Source of the DNA: Candidatus Latescibacterota bacterium
GTDB lineage: Bacteria; Latescibacterota; UBA2968; UBA8231
Assembly (NCBI GenBank): GCA_965217585.1
Contig: OZ244561.1
Span: 5,600,001-5,664,000, forward strand
Direction of reading: 5' to 3'
Length of the DNA stretch: 64,000 nucleotides
Every line of letters starts with the position of its first letter. The stretch's first letter is position 1. Shown here one piece after another: positions 48,821-58,940 of the stretch. Position numbers and translations under genes: made by a program. A model generated the notes under the pieces. It worked only from the letters and a program-made list of their open reading frames with translations, was not told the origin of the DNA and did not search any database.

Positions 48821-49015
48821 TCACAATCCCTCGTACATCGTCGGATCCGGCTCGATCTCCACCACTTCACCATCGAGCATCACGATAACGCCAGTCCCGG
48901 TCTGATGCGCGATCAGATGAGCACGTCTAGCAGCCCGGTATAACGCACTGGCGACAGCCTGCATATCTGGATCGTCAAGTTTAGAGACGGGAATTGGTTG
49001 CTTTGGCTCTTTCAT
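48821..49015 (-). CDS. Small hypothetical protein (putative antitoxin partner of zeta-like ATPase)
   Basis: ALYRAARRA..IA..TGT.VIV..DGEVV pattern; ATGA overlap with the upstream stub. Confidence 0.6.
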   Translation of the reverse strand: MKEPKQPIPVSKLDDPDMQAVASALYRAARRAHLIAHQTGTGVIVMLDGEVVEIEPDPTMYEGL

Positions 49016-49111
49016 GGAATGACCTCCGGTGGAACATGGTGGCCGCCTTGCCTTACGCGCAATTCAACCCGCTTGATCGCTTCTTCCGGCGTTGCCAGCG
49101 ACAAAAATCGT
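49012..49111 (-). pseudogene. Internal stub of zeta-toxin-like P-loop ATPase
   Basis: FLSLATPEEAIKRVELRVRQGGHHVPPEVI matches the RVxxRVxxGGH motif of that family. Confidence 0.65.
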
Positions 49112-50233
49112 TCATTCCCCTTTCTCCCACCCCGACAACTCAGCCTCAATCTCTTCAACAGTAGGCAAACTACCTTTGAGGTCATCCGGCAACGAATCAA
49201 CCAGCGTGGTCTCCCACTCCGCGACGCCCATCGGTTTCTCAAAACCGCGCAGGGCATATTCGACCACCGTCCGATCCTTGCCCTTGCACAGCAGCAGCCC
49301 AATGGTCGGCGCGTCGTCCGGGTGGCGCATGAGATCATCCACGGCAGACAAATACAGGTTCATCTGGCCGACAAAGGCGGGATCGAACGGCACGGCCTTG
49401 AGTTCCACGACGACAAAGCGACGAAGTTTGAGGTGGTAAAATAGCAAATCCGCGTAGAAATCCCGGTCGCCGACTTCCAAGAGCACCTGCCGACCAACGA
49501 AGGCGAACCCCGACCCCATTTCCAGCAAGAAACGCTGTATATGATCCACGAGAGCCCGTTCCAACTCCCGTTCCGCCCTCGGTGCCGCCGTACCGAGAAA
49601 ATCGAACAGATACGGGTCCTTGAACACTTGGGTCGCCATGTCGGAATCGGCCGGTGGCAGCGTCCGAGGGAAGTTGGTGACGGCCCTGCCCTCGCGCTCG
49701 TGTAGCTTGGTCTCGATTTGTGTCATTAGAACGCTTCGGCTCCAGCCCTCTTCGCGGGCCTTTTTGGCGTACCATAGGCGGGTCCGATGATCGGACACCT
49801 TGTCGAGAAGGACGCAATTGTGGAACCACGGAATTTGGGCAGCAACCTGCTGCACAATTTCGCGGTCTGGCCAAACGGAGGCGAAAGTACGCATGTACCT
49901 GAGGTTGCGCGGAGAGAAACCCCGCAGGTCCGGGAACGCCTCCCGCAGGTCGTGCGAAAGCCGGTCGATAGTTTTGGCCCCCCAGCCTTCCTGCTCTTGG
50001 CGACCGAGGATCGCTTTGCCGATATCCCAGTACAGCAACACCATCGCCTCGTTAGCAGCCGATACCACGCGCAACCGCTCCGAGCAGATGCGTTCCTTGA
50101 TCTGCCCGAGCAGGACAGTATAGTCGGCGGGCAACTCGCCCTTTCCCGCGGGCGCGGGAAACGACGCACCCTTTCGCTGTCGGCCAATGGACTTCCGGCC
50201 AGAATTCTCGGCACCAGATCGGTTCTTCGTCAT
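49112..50233 (-). CDS. YhcG/DUF1016 PD-(D/E)XK nuclease-domain protein
   Basis: LYWDIG, FSPRNLRYMR, KDPYLFDFL, DLLFYHLKLRRFVVVELK. Confidence 0.92.
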   Translation of the reverse strand: MTKNRSGAENSGRKSIGRQRKGASFPAPAGKGELPADYTVLLGQIKERICSERLRVVSAANEAMVLLYWDIGKAILGRQEQEGWGAKTIDRLSHDLREAFPDLRGFSPRNLRYMRTFASVWPDREIVQQVAAQIPWFHNCVLLDKVSDHRTRLWYAKKAREEGWSRSVLMTQIETKLHEREGRAVTNFPRTLPPADSDMATQVFKDPYLFDFLGTAAPRAERELERALVDHIQRFLLEMGSGFAFVGRQVLLEVGDRDFYADLLFYHLKLRRFVVVELKAVPFDPAFVGQMNLYLSAVDDLMRHPDDAPTIGLLLCKGKDRTVVEYALRGFEKPMGVAEWETTLVDSLPDDLKGSLPTVEEIEAELSGWEKGE

Positions 50234-52329
50234 ATCCCCAACTCCTCAAAGTTCTCCTTGATCGTCGCCGCCAACGTCGCCGCCTCTGCATTAAGCTCGT
50301 CTAGTTCCTCGTGAATCTCGCGCAGGGCCTCTCTGAAGTCGAAATCCTCGTCCTCCTCCTCGGGCGCGACGCCCACATAGCGGCCCGGAGTCAGGCTCCA
50401 GTCATTGGCCTCAATCTCGGCGCGATCCACCAGCTTAACCAGCCCCTCCACATCGCGCAGCTCAGCGTCCGGGAAGCGCTCAGTAAGCCAGTGAGCCTGC
50501 TGATAGAAGTAGCTCACCTGCTTGAGTTGCTCAACGGCTCGCTGACGGGCCTCGTCGGCGGGCCTGCGAGCGCGGGTGACGCCACGGGCGTCATAGAAGA
50601 CGCTGGACTTGGCATCGCACTCCTCCTCGCAAATCTCAATGAGGCGAGCAGCCAGCTTGTACAGGTGTTCGGCCTGTCCGGCAAGGTCGCGGCTGCTCTC
50701 AGCCAGCGAGGCGAGGTCGTCAACCCTTGTTTTCATCGTGCCGCTGTCAATTTCCGGGCCGGCCCAAGCCTCCCTTTGCGCGGCGACTGCCTTTTGGAAA
50801 GCGTCCCCGTCAGCCTCAAAGTCGCGCAGGGCTTTAGTCAAATTTTCGGACGCCTCGGCATGGACATCTTCTGCACCCAGCGTATTGAGAAAAGGAACCA
50901 GCGTATCCCGCAAGCTGTTGAGCGAGGCTAGAAAATTCGGCAGACCCCGTTCATCCTCGGTGCTGAAACACGCCTTGCCTTCGTCGAGGGCGCGGGTGCA
51001 GTAGCGCGACACCAGCTCGACAAAACGCTCGCTCTCGCCCCGATAAAGCCAGACGATAGCCAGCAAGTTCTGCTGCTGTTCGGGGCTGAAGTCGCAGATC
51101 TTGCGCGTCACTTGGCGGTACACGTTGCGCGCGTCGATCATCAGCACCTTATCGCGGTGCGCCTCGGGCTTGGCGCGGTTAAAAAACCACAGCTCGCACG
51201 GCACGGTGCGGGTATAGAAGAAGTTGCTGCGAATGGCGATCATCGCGTCCACATCGCCGCTCTCCACCAGCTTCCGCCGCACCTGCGCCTCACCGCCACC
51301 AGCACTAGACGCCTGCGACGACATCACAAAGCCAGCCAGCCCCCGCTCGTTCAGATAGCTATAGAAGTAGCTAATCCAGACATAGTTGCCGTTGCTGACT
51401 TTGCCCTGCTTGTTGACACCAGGTAAGCCAAACGGCAAGCGCGGATCAACCTTCACCTTGTCGGCGTCGATTTCGTCCACATTAAAGGGAGGATTGGCCA
51501 TGACGTAGTCGGCCTGTCCCACCAGTTCGTGCGGATCCTCGTAGTACGTGATGGCTTGCCGGATGTTTCCTTCGAGGCCGTGGACGGCGAGGTTCATCTT
51601 GGCGAGATGGATGGTGGTGGCGTTTTTCTCCAAGCCGCGGAAAGTGAGTCGCTCGGTGGGGCTCTGGCCGTGCTCCTCCACGGTGCGGGCGCTCTGCACG
51701 AACATGCCACCGGAGCCGCACGCCGGGTCCAGCACAGTGCCGCGCTGCGGATCGAGCACATGAGCAATCAGCGACACCAGCGACACGGGCGTGAAGAACT
51801 CCCCGCCGTCGTGGGCCTTCTGGTCGGCGAACTGCGTCAGGAAGTACTCGTAGATGCGGCCGAAGACATCGCCGGAAACCTGCTTCAACTCGTCCGGATT
51901 GAGCGTGCGCAGGAGCTGGCCGAGGACGGCACTGTCCAATTCCCGGTATTCGCTCTTGGGCAGGACGCCGCGCAGGCTGTCGTAGTCGTTCTCAATGGAC
52001 TCCATGGCCGCGATGATCGCTCCGGCCCGGTCTGCGCCATCGGGCAAGGCGACGAGATGATCGAACTGCGCCTCGGGCCGGAGGAAAATCGCGCTCTTTT
52101 GCGAGAAATCCTCCTTGGTCAGCGCCCGTTTCTTGCCGCCACGGGTGGGCAAGCTGGCCTCGATGCCCGGCTTGACGGCCAGATAGCGGCTGTAGGCGTG
52201 ACGCAGGAAAACCAGTCCCATTACCGGCAGGAAGTATTCGTTGCTGGCATGGCTGGAGTTGGCACGGAGCATATCTGCCGCGCTCCAGAGGCGTCTTTCA
52301 ATGGCTTCAATGTGTTCGAGTTGCGACAT
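50230..52329 (-). CDS. hsdM: Type I R-M methyltransferase subunit
   Basis: LWSAAD.LR, GEFFTP, DPACGSGGM, ANPPFN, LTPGRYVG. Confidence 0.95.
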   Translation of the reverse strand: MSQLEHIEAIERRLWSAADMLRANSSHASNEYFLPVMGLVFLRHAYSRYLAVKPGIEASLPTRGGKKRALTKEDFSQKSAIFLRPEAQFDHLVALPDGADRAGAIIAAMESIENDYDSLRGVLPKSEYRELDSAVLGQLLRTLNPDELKQVSGDVFGRIYEYFLTQFADQKAHDGGEFFTPVSLVSLIAHVLDPQRGTVLDPACGSGGMFVQSARTVEEHGQSPTERLTFRGLEKNATTIHLAKMNLAVHGLEGNIRQAITYYEDPHELVGQADYVMANPPFNVDEIDADKVKVDPRLPFGLPGVNKQGKVSNGNYVWISYFYSYLNERGLAGFVMSSQASSAGGGEAQVRRKLVESGDVDAMIAIRSNFFYTRTVPCELWFFNRAKPEAHRDKVLMIDARNVYRQVTRKICDFSPEQQQNLLAIVWLYRGESERFVELVSRYCTRALDEGKACFSTEDERGLPNFLASLNSLRDTLVPFLNTLGAEDVHAEASENLTKALRDFEADGDAFQKAVAAQREAWAGPEIDSGTMKTRVDDLASLAESSRDLAGQAEHLYKLAARLIEICEEECDAKSSVFYDARGVTRARRPADEARQRAVEQLKQVSYFYQQAHWLTERFPDAELRDVEGLVKLVDRAEIEANDWSLTPGRYVGVAPEEEDEDFDFREALREIHEELDELNAEAATLAATIKENFEELGI

Positions 52330-52430
52330 ACCTATCCCGCAGCAAAGGGGGCTTACATACCCCACGCAATGATGATTCCATATATATTTAGAAAAAACGC
52401 CGTTGACGACCGTACTTCAAACGAATAACC

Positions 52431-53903
52431 CTACATCCCCACCGCAAACACCTTCGCTCGGCCCATGTGCAGGCGAATCGCCACCTGTCTGCCGCGCAAG
52501 GCCGACAGGTCGCTGCTGCCCCGCCACGTCGCCACCCCAGCCAACTCGTCGCCGGCCAGCACGTCCGCTTCCTCTAACCCAAAGCCCTCTATGGCCCGCA
52601 CCGGCGCAGCCGGAGAAGAGGGCGGCTCGACCAGCTCGGCCTTGATCCAACCGCCTTCCTTTTGCGTCTGGAAATTGAGCGTCAACTCGCGGCCCTCACA
52701 CTCGCGTTCAACCAGCGTTACGCGCCCCTCCACCGGCGCTTCAAGAGCTACCAGCCGATCCCGCTTCCAAGTGGCCCACCGCCATTCCGCAGGGCGGCCC
52801 GGTTCGTACCGCTCTCCCCAATCGTGCAAGTCGTACTGCCCAATGAACATCACGCCCCACGTCTCCGGGTCGAGCGAGACCAATTCCGGGAAGGCAAACA
52901 GCATGCCGTACCCTTCAGGCTCAGGGGAGATGATGGGCTTGCGCTCGGGCCGGCTCCACAGCAAGCCGTCGCGGCTAGTCGCCAATTGTACATCCACAGT
53001 GGCCGTCCAGCGGTGGTACATGGCTGGGAACATCAGGTGGAAGCCGCCGTGGGGATAGCGGCAATAGCCCGCCGCGTACACGTCGTCGTCGATGGGATCT
53101 TGCGGATCTGCGCCGAATACCGGGCGCGGCGGCGACCATTTCCCGAACTCTGCGCCCTCGGTGCGGCGCACGATGCGGCGGCGATTTTGATGGCCGCGCA
53201 AATAGGCCACGTATTGACCGGCTTCCGCGTCGTACGCAGCGATGTTGTGGCTGTCGAGCCCGGTGCGGCCCACGTTCAAAAGCGGCTCCTCCAAGAAGGT
53301 CCACTGCTTGCCGTCGGGCGACACCGCACCTTTGAGCAAGCCGATGAAATATAGGGCGGCGGCCCGCTGCTCTGGCGTGTAGCCGGCCTCTGTCATGGCA
53401 CGGCGAATAGCCCACTTGCGATCCCGAGTCATCGCGGGCACCGGCACGCCCTCGTGATAGGTAATAGAATCGCGCGCCATGGCCTTGTAACGAGCCTCCG
53501 GCGGGGCCTCGGGATCCACAAACACGGATTGCAGCCCAAAATCGCCGAAGCGGAAGAGCAGGTTGTTGGCCGTGCTGCCGTCGTATTCTTGCAAATGCAG
53601 GGCCGGTCGCTCCCAACAAAAGCCGTCCGCGCTCTCGGCGTACGCAATGAAGGGAGGTTGGTCCTCACCAGCGCCGCGGGCGATGTACCACATCTTTAGC
53701 ACGCCGTCATCGCAGAGTACAACCTGCGGCGTCAGGCCGCCCGCTTCCCAAGGATGCTCCGGCGCGATGAAGACCGGGGACTTGCTCGCCTCCTGCACGG
53801 CCAAGCGCACGCCGACCGGCGGGTCTTGCACCCAGGCTTGGCCGCCTTCAATGCCGGCTTGGCCGGCCCATACGCCATACCAATCGAGAAAGGGCTGTGG
53901 CAT
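52431..53903 (-). CDS. Hypothetical protein, glycoside-hydrolase-like beta-propeller
   Basis: Asp-box-like repeats YAESADG..W, SPDGKQW, TSRDGLLW. Confidence 0.6.
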   Translation of the reverse strand: MPQPFLDWYGVWAGQAGIEGGQAWVQDPPVGVRLAVQEASKSPVFIAPEHPWEAGGLTPQVVLCDDGVLKMWYIARGAGEDQPPFIAYAESADGFCWERPALHLQEYDGSTANNLLFRFGDFGLQSVFVDPEAPPEARYKAMARDSITYHEGVPVPAMTRDRKWAIRRAMTEAGYTPEQRAAALYFIGLLKGAVSPDGKQWTFLEEPLLNVGRTGLDSHNIAAYDAEAGQYVAYLRGHQNRRRIVRRTEGAEFGKWSPPRPVFGADPQDPIDDDVYAAGYCRYPHGGFHLMFPAMYHRWTATVDVQLATSRDGLLWSRPERKPIISPEPEGYGMLFAFPELVSLDPETWGVMFIGQYDLHDWGERYEPGRPAEWRWATWKRDRLVALEAPVEGRVTLVERECEGRELTLNFQTQKEGGWIKAELVEPPSSPAAPVRAIEGFGLEEADVLAGDELAGVATWRGSSDLSALRGRQVAIRLHMGRAKVFAVGM

Positions 53904-53906
53904 GGC

Positions 53907-54569
53907 TTAGGTCGGCCAGTTCTGGTGGACCAAAAGGCGCAAGCGGTCGGTTTCGCTTAGGTGCTCTTTGATTTCTCCCGTAAACTCCGCCAAGGTCTGC
54001 TCCACCGTGGCGTCGGACGTGTCGAGGGCAAATTTCTTGCGGATGAGCGAATCGCGGAATTCCTCCTCAAAACGCTGCAACACGTACTCGATATCCTTTT
54101 CCTGCACCACCGGCCGCTCGTGCGGCTGCTCGCGCATGCGCTGAGCAATGACTTCGGACCGAGCCCGCAGCAGCACGAGTACCGTATCGGGTGCGTGCTG
54201 CATGATCTCCTCGTCGAAGGCACGAGCCAGCGCGGCGCGGTCGCCGTACTCGCCTCGGCCCCCGTAGCCGTAGTACAGGGGCGCGTACACGGCCTCTTCA
54301 ATGTGGAAACCCACCAAGTTGTGGTCCGGGTCGCTGTAGAAAGCGGGGTGGAAGTGGTAGTTCATCATGTAGCGCTGGAACATCTCCTTCAGCCGTGGGC
54401 TGAGCGCCAGCAGTTGCTCCTGCTCCTCTACGGGGAACTCGTTGCACGGCAGGCTGAAGTGGTCGTGAAAGGTGCGCGACGAGCCAAAGGTGCGCTCGGT
54501 CCAACCGACAATTTCGCTGGCCAAGGTCGTCTTGCCAGCGTATTCGCAACCTACGAGAATCAGTTTCAT
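53907..54569 (-). CDS. P-loop nucleotide-kinase-like protein
   Basis: ILVGCEYAGKTT Walker A; NMP-kinase-like lid segment. Confidence 0.65.
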   Translation of the reverse strand: MKLILVGCEYAGKTTLASEIVGWTERTFGSSRTFHDHFSLPCNEFPVEEQEQLLALSPRLKEMFQRYMMNYHFHPAFYSDPDHNLVGFHIEEAVYAPLYYGYGGRGEYGDRAALARAFDEEIMQHAPDTVLVLLRARSEVIAQRMREQPHERPVVQEKDIEYVLQRFEEEFRDSLIRKKFALDTSDATVEQTLAEFTGEIKEHLSETDRLRLLVHQNWPT

Positions 54570-54685
54570 ATTCCATTCTCCCGCGCCTGAACGGCGCTAA
54601 TCGAGGTCGTGGTTTCGCGTAATAATTCCATAATATAGCGCCAAGAGCGGGTCGGTCCTAAGCGGTATCTGAACGGTGGCTGGCG

Positions 54686-56023
54686 TTAGCCCTCAGCGCG
54701 CGGAAGATCGAGCACTAATTCTTTGCCCGCTTTGAACAAATCGTGCAGATGCACATAGCGGAACAGCGAGCTTCTGCCCGTCAGGTAGAGATTCTCAAAG
54801 GTCTGGAAGTAGGCAACGAGGCGTTCTACATGCTCGGCCAATCCCACTTCGAGCACGGGATAGGCAAAGGGCAATTTGTAGGTAGCAAAGCATACGACTT
54901 CGCCTTCCGCAATCGGCTTCACGCGCTGCAACGCTTCCCATACGGAGCGGCGCAACGCCTCTGCCGACATATTCCACACGGCATCTTCGCGAAAACAGGG
55001 CAGTTCGAGCACAATGGCTGTTTGCCCCTCGGGTGCCATGTGGCGACTGCGATTTTTGGGTTCGTACAGGCGAGTAAATGGGAACTCTGCGCCGGGAAAA
55101 TAGAGCGAGGCGTTGGGCGAAAAAGAGGGCCGAGCCAAACCGAACACGCAAAGAATCAGATTGCGGTACTTAACCGCATTGGCCGCGGCCAGCAACTCCG
55201 GGGGCGGCGGGGGATCCAGCATCTTCGCCGAAAGGGTCAGCGGCAGCGTATTGACGACAGTGGACACCTCCACTTCCGCGTCGTCGTTGAGAACGACGCG
55301 GTCCAATCGCCCGCGCGAATGCACCAGCCGACTCACCCGACTGTTGCTTCGAATCCGCTTGCTGCCGATGCATTCGCTCATCTTATCGACGATCATGCCA
55401 AACCCGTACTTGGGGTACAAGAAAGAACCGTCCAAATGGCCCGGACGGCTGGCCTTGCCTAATAGAACCTCCCGCACAAAACTGGCCAGATTCAGACCTT
55501 TCATCCGCCCCCCTGATACATCCGTAGAAAGTTGGTGTGGATCGGCTCCCCACAACTTTTTCGAATAGTTGAGCAAAAAGAGGTTGGCCAGCGTCTGGCC
55601 GTACTGATTCAGGGCGAATTCCCCAAAACTTGCCGCTGTCTGGCGACGTTTTAAGCGCAGGTTCTCGGCGGCGATTTTCAACAGAGTTTTGCGGTCGAGT
55701 CGCTTGACTATATTGCCCATTTGCAGGGGAAAGCTAAAAAACTCTCCTTGAAAAAAAATCTCGCTCGGTGCTGCGACGTCAGAAAGCTCGTCGCCCAAAA
55801 GCCCTTTGATCTCGCAAGTGACCTCCGGGTCTTTGTCGTGCAGGCGGTGGGCACCGGTATCAAACAGAAACTCACCTAAGCGCAGGGTGCGGCAATTGCC
55901 CCCTGGCTGGTCACCGGCTTCAAAAAGCAAAAAGTCCAAGCCGCGCTTTTTGGCGTAATAGCCGGCAGCTAGGCCAGCCGGGCCGCCTCCCAAGATGTGT
56001 ATGTCGGCGTCGAGTGTTTTCAA
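54686..56023 (-). CDS. FAD-dependent oxidoreductase (HemY/UDP-galactopyranose mutase-like)
   Basis: GGGPAGLAA, PGGNCRT, FDTGAH, YPKYGFG, AYPV, GR..F.Y. Confidence 0.8.
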   Translation of the reverse strand: MKTLDADIHILGGGPAGLAAGYYAKKRGLDFLLFEAGDQPGGNCRTLRLGEFLFDTGAHRLHDKDPEVTCEIKGLLGDELSDVAAPSEIFFQGEFFSFPLQMGNIVKRLDRKTLLKIAAENLRLKRRQTAASFGEFALNQYGQTLANLFLLNYSKKLWGADPHQLSTDVSGGRMKGLNLASFVREVLLGKASRPGHLDGSFLYPKYGFGMIVDKMSECIGSKRIRSNSRVSRLVHSRGRLDRVVLNDDAEVEVSTVVNTLPLTLSAKMLDPPPPPELLAAANAVKYRNLILCVFGLARPSFSPNASLYFPGAEFPFTRLYEPKNRSRHMAPEGQTAIVLELPCFREDAVWNMSAEALRRSVWEALQRVKPIAEGEVVCFATYKLPFAYPVLEVGLAEHVERLVAYFQTFENLYLTGRSSLFRYVHLHDLFKAGKELVLDLPRAEG

Positions 56024-56041
56024 TCAAAATACGCAGGTGAA

Positions 56042-57433
56042 TTAATACTCGTACAATGTGAGTTCCGACCACATGCGATTGACATACGGGTTGTGGTAAA
56101 ACGTCTTGGTCGCTTTCGGCACTCGATCTTGCAATGGGCTGCCGATGACCACTAACTCGGCTGTGTCGTCGAGCGCATTGAGCGCGTGCAAATCGCCCTG
56201 GTCTCTAACGGGTATATAGACGGCCCGCAGCGCCTGGGAGGCCAGATAGTATTTGATCAGAGGCACTGATGCAACGTGCAGGGCATCGCTTTTTTTCGCC
56301 GCGAGGTATTGGTGTACCTGAGCGATGGCCGTGGGCTTTTTGTGCTGGACGACTAAATGCAAGGTCACATAGCCATAGCATAGAAAAAAGGCGACTACAA
56401 CCAAGCGAAAAAACCGATGGCTGTGGGTGGCGATCTGAGCACAGGCAAAAGCTGGGATGAGCGCCAAAAAGGGCACTAGCGGCAAGACGTGCCGGCTTTT
56501 GTGCACCACATTTTGAAAGAGGAAAATCCAGCCCAGATAGAGGACGCAACCTATAAACGGCGCACTCAGCAACACCGAGCGGTTCGCCCGCTGCACCACG
56601 GCGCGCCAATTGGCCGCCAAGATACCGAGCAGTGCGACGGTAGTGCAGACTGTCACTACATGACGCCCCCCCCAATAGAGACCAAAACCATCGGCCCATA
56701 TGCTCTCGAACAGTCCCAGCGAGCGCAAAGCGAAATCGGGCTCAGTGGCAACCGTGCCGCCAAAGTCGGCGAAGTGGCCCTGAGTCTGCCTCTGCGCCGC
56801 CTTTGTCAACTCGGTCCAGCCGGTGATCGCGATTAAGGGAATCAGCCAGATGCCTACGCCGGCCGCACCAGCAGCGACGAATTGCAATCGCGGGCCTCGT
56901 TCCTTTAACCTCAGCAACAGAGGCACTAACAACATGGGCGCATAAGAAAGGCGCACCCCGAGCGAGATCCCCGCGATAAAAAATCCCAACCCTGCTTTGC
57001 CCGACTCTTGTTTGGCGGCAAAATAGCAACAAGCCAAAACACAGGCGACGCCCATGGCATCGGGCATATAGCGATTGCTCATCAGCCACAGCAGCGGATT
57101 GAAGAATATCAAAAAGGCGGCGATCAGGCCCAAGGGCGTGGTGATTTTAATCTGGGCGATGCCGAGCGCGAAATAGATTATGCCGAAGGTTGCTACGCCG
57201 CCCAGCACTGCAAACGCCACGGCATAGCGGTCGGTGAGTGCGTAGATCGCCTTGGCGAAAAAGCAAAAGACCGGATAGGCTGGGAAGTGAGGTTGTAATT
57301 TGGTTACGTCGTAATCGACCACCCCTAAGGCGAAACGCAAGCTATCCAAGTCTTCTATATAGTACACGGCGCTCATAAGCCGCGATCCCAGACAAAGGAT
57401 CAGCACCGCACCCCATACCTTGCGCTCGGTCAC
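56042..57433 (-). CDS. Polytopic membrane protein, GT-C-fold glycosyltransferase-like
   Basis: Many TM helices; acidic first loop EDLDSLRFAL..YD..QPHFPAYP; YMPD; RHVLP. Confidence 0.65.
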   Translation of the reverse strand: MTERKVWGAVLILCLGSRLMSAVYYIEDLDSLRFALGVVDYDVTKLQPHFPAYPVFCFFAKAIYALTDRYAVAFAVLGGVATFGIIYFALGIAQIKITTPLGLIAAFLIFFNPLLWLMSNRYMPDAMGVACVLACCYFAAKQESGKAGLGFFIAGISLGVRLSYAPMLLVPLLLRLKERGPRLQFVAAGAAGVGIWLIPLIAITGWTELTKAAQRQTQGHFADFGGTVATEPDFALRSLGLFESIWADGFGLYWGGRHVVTVCTTVALLGILAANWRAVVQRANRSVLLSAPFIGCVLYLGWIFLFQNVVHKSRHVLPLVPFLALIPAFACAQIATHSHRFFRLVVVAFFLCYGYVTLHLVVQHKKPTAIAQVHQYLAAKKSDALHVASVPLIKYYLASQALRAVYIPVRDQGDLHALNALDDTAELVVIGSPLQDRVPKATKTFYHNPYVNRMWSELTLYEY

Positions 57434-57508
57434 GCCTCGCTTGCTCCTAGAAAGAGAATTCTGCCATGACGAAATCTAATAAGCTATCTGGAAATTCTAG
57501 GTGACAAA

Positions 57509-57551
57509 TGCAAACGCGGCGGTTGGCCCAACGCCGACCGCCGCGTTTGCA
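57509..57551 (-). terminator. Strong 19-bp stem-loop after the DUF4856 gene
   Basis: TGCAAACGCGGCGGTTGGC-CCAAC-GCCGACCGCCGCGTTTGCA (one mismatch). Confidence 0.75.
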
Positions 57552-57586
57552 GCTACACAGCCCCAAAGGACTTTAGAAACAATCGC

Positions 57587-58882
57587 CTACCAGTTGGCCA
57601 TATTGTCGGCGGAAAAGCCGTAAGCTTCTTGCAGCACGTCCTTGGCGCGCATGTAACTGCTCACAATCCCATCGTACGCGTCACTGCCCGGCGCTTCATA
57701 GGAGGGCGCTGGTCCCATAATGCCGTGTAATTCCTCAAGTTGGCCTTGGCTGATCAGGCGGAAGGGACTGTACTGCAACGCAACCGTAAATCCCTTCATT
57801 TCCGCCCAGTGCTTGTTCAAGTTGACCCGATTTTCATCGTCCGTGCCTAGGGCGGCCATATCGCTCAAGGTATCGTTGATATAGTGTACCACCGTTGCAG
57901 CGATGACCTTCTCCATGCCGTTGGCTGCTGCTTCGCGCTGGGCGGCAATATCGCTGGCCGAGCCTTGGTTGACGATCAAGGTGCGCCCGGCGAGGAACGC
58001 CGCAAAGATGTCTCTGGTAAAATCGACTCCACTGCCGCCCTTGTCGCGCTTACCTGCATTCCGCGACAGACCAAAGTTGTACTCCGATTTGAAATCGATC
58101 TGGCCGTCCCCGTTGGAGTCGAAGATGTAGTCGTCAACCGAGCCGGCTAGTTGCTCGTCGGAGTAGCGGCCGTAGTCGCGGGCAGCGCCAAAATAGCCGA
58201 AGGCCTCGTCCCAATGATGCTCCATCTCCGTGTACGATTTGCCCTCTGCGGGACTGCCGTTTTCGTCCTCCAAAAGGCCACCTAAATAGACTCCGGTGGC
58301 TTGGTAATAGGGCACGGCACCGATGAGCACTTTGTTGATCATCTGGGTCAGATCGACCCCGTTGTCGTCGGTATAAACCGCCGGGGTACCCAGCTTGTCG
58401 GCATCCTGCGAATTGGCGGCGATGATCTCAAACCACTCGCGCACCAGTTCGTCGGCCGTCTTGCCATAGCCGATGACGACATCACTCGAGATTTTGCTGA
58501 CTAGGTTTTTGCCCGTTGAAATGGAGGAATAGCGATTTTCGACCACCGGCATGTCCCCGGCCGTGCTCAGCGATTCCAAGTCGAGGCCATCGTCGTAGGC
58601 GTAGAGCTTGAGCAAATCATCCACTGAAATAGGCTCAGCTCCCTCTTTGCCCAGATTGTCGATAGCGATCTTCAGGTCTTGCAGCAGCAAATTGCGCACC
58701 GTCTGACCGGAATAGGAGACGCTGCTTTCGCCCTCGTTGAAGCGGCTGTCGAAGACATAGGCAGTGGGAATATCAATGGTAGTGTTCCCACTGCCACTAT
58801 CGACGGGATTGTCGTCGTCGCCACCGCCGCAGGCGATGAGCAGGGCACTGGCGAGCAAAATACTGCATTTGAGGCTCCTCAT
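57587..58882 (-). CDS. DUF4856 family lipoprotein
   Basis: Lipobox LIAC; SVSYSGQTVR; MEHHWDEAFGYFG; HWAEMKGF. Confidence 0.8.
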   Translation of the reverse strand: MRSLKCSILLASALLIACGGGDDDNPVDSGSGNTTIDIPTAYVFDSRFNEGESSVSYSGQTVRNLLLQDLKIAIDNLGKEGAEPISVDDLLKLYAYDDGLDLESLSTAGDMPVVENRYSSISTGKNLVSKISSDVVIGYGKTADELVREWFEIIAANSQDADKLGTPAVYTDDNGVDLTQMINKVLIGAVPYYQATGVYLGGLLEDENGSPAEGKSYTEMEHHWDEAFGYFGAARDYGRYSDEQLAGSVDDYIFDSNGDGQIDFKSEYNFGLSRNAGKRDKGGSGVDFTRDIFAAFLAGRTLIVNQGSASDIAAQREAAANGMEKVIAATVVHYINDTLSDMAALGTDDENRVNLNKHWAEMKGFTVALQYSPFRLISQGQLEELHGIMGPAPSYEAPGSDAYDGIVSSYMRAKDVLQEAYGFSADNMANW

Positions 58883-58940
58883 GGATGCTCTCCTTTCTTA
58901 CAAGGTTGATGGAGGGATCGTTGTCGTCGTGTGAGAGGTT

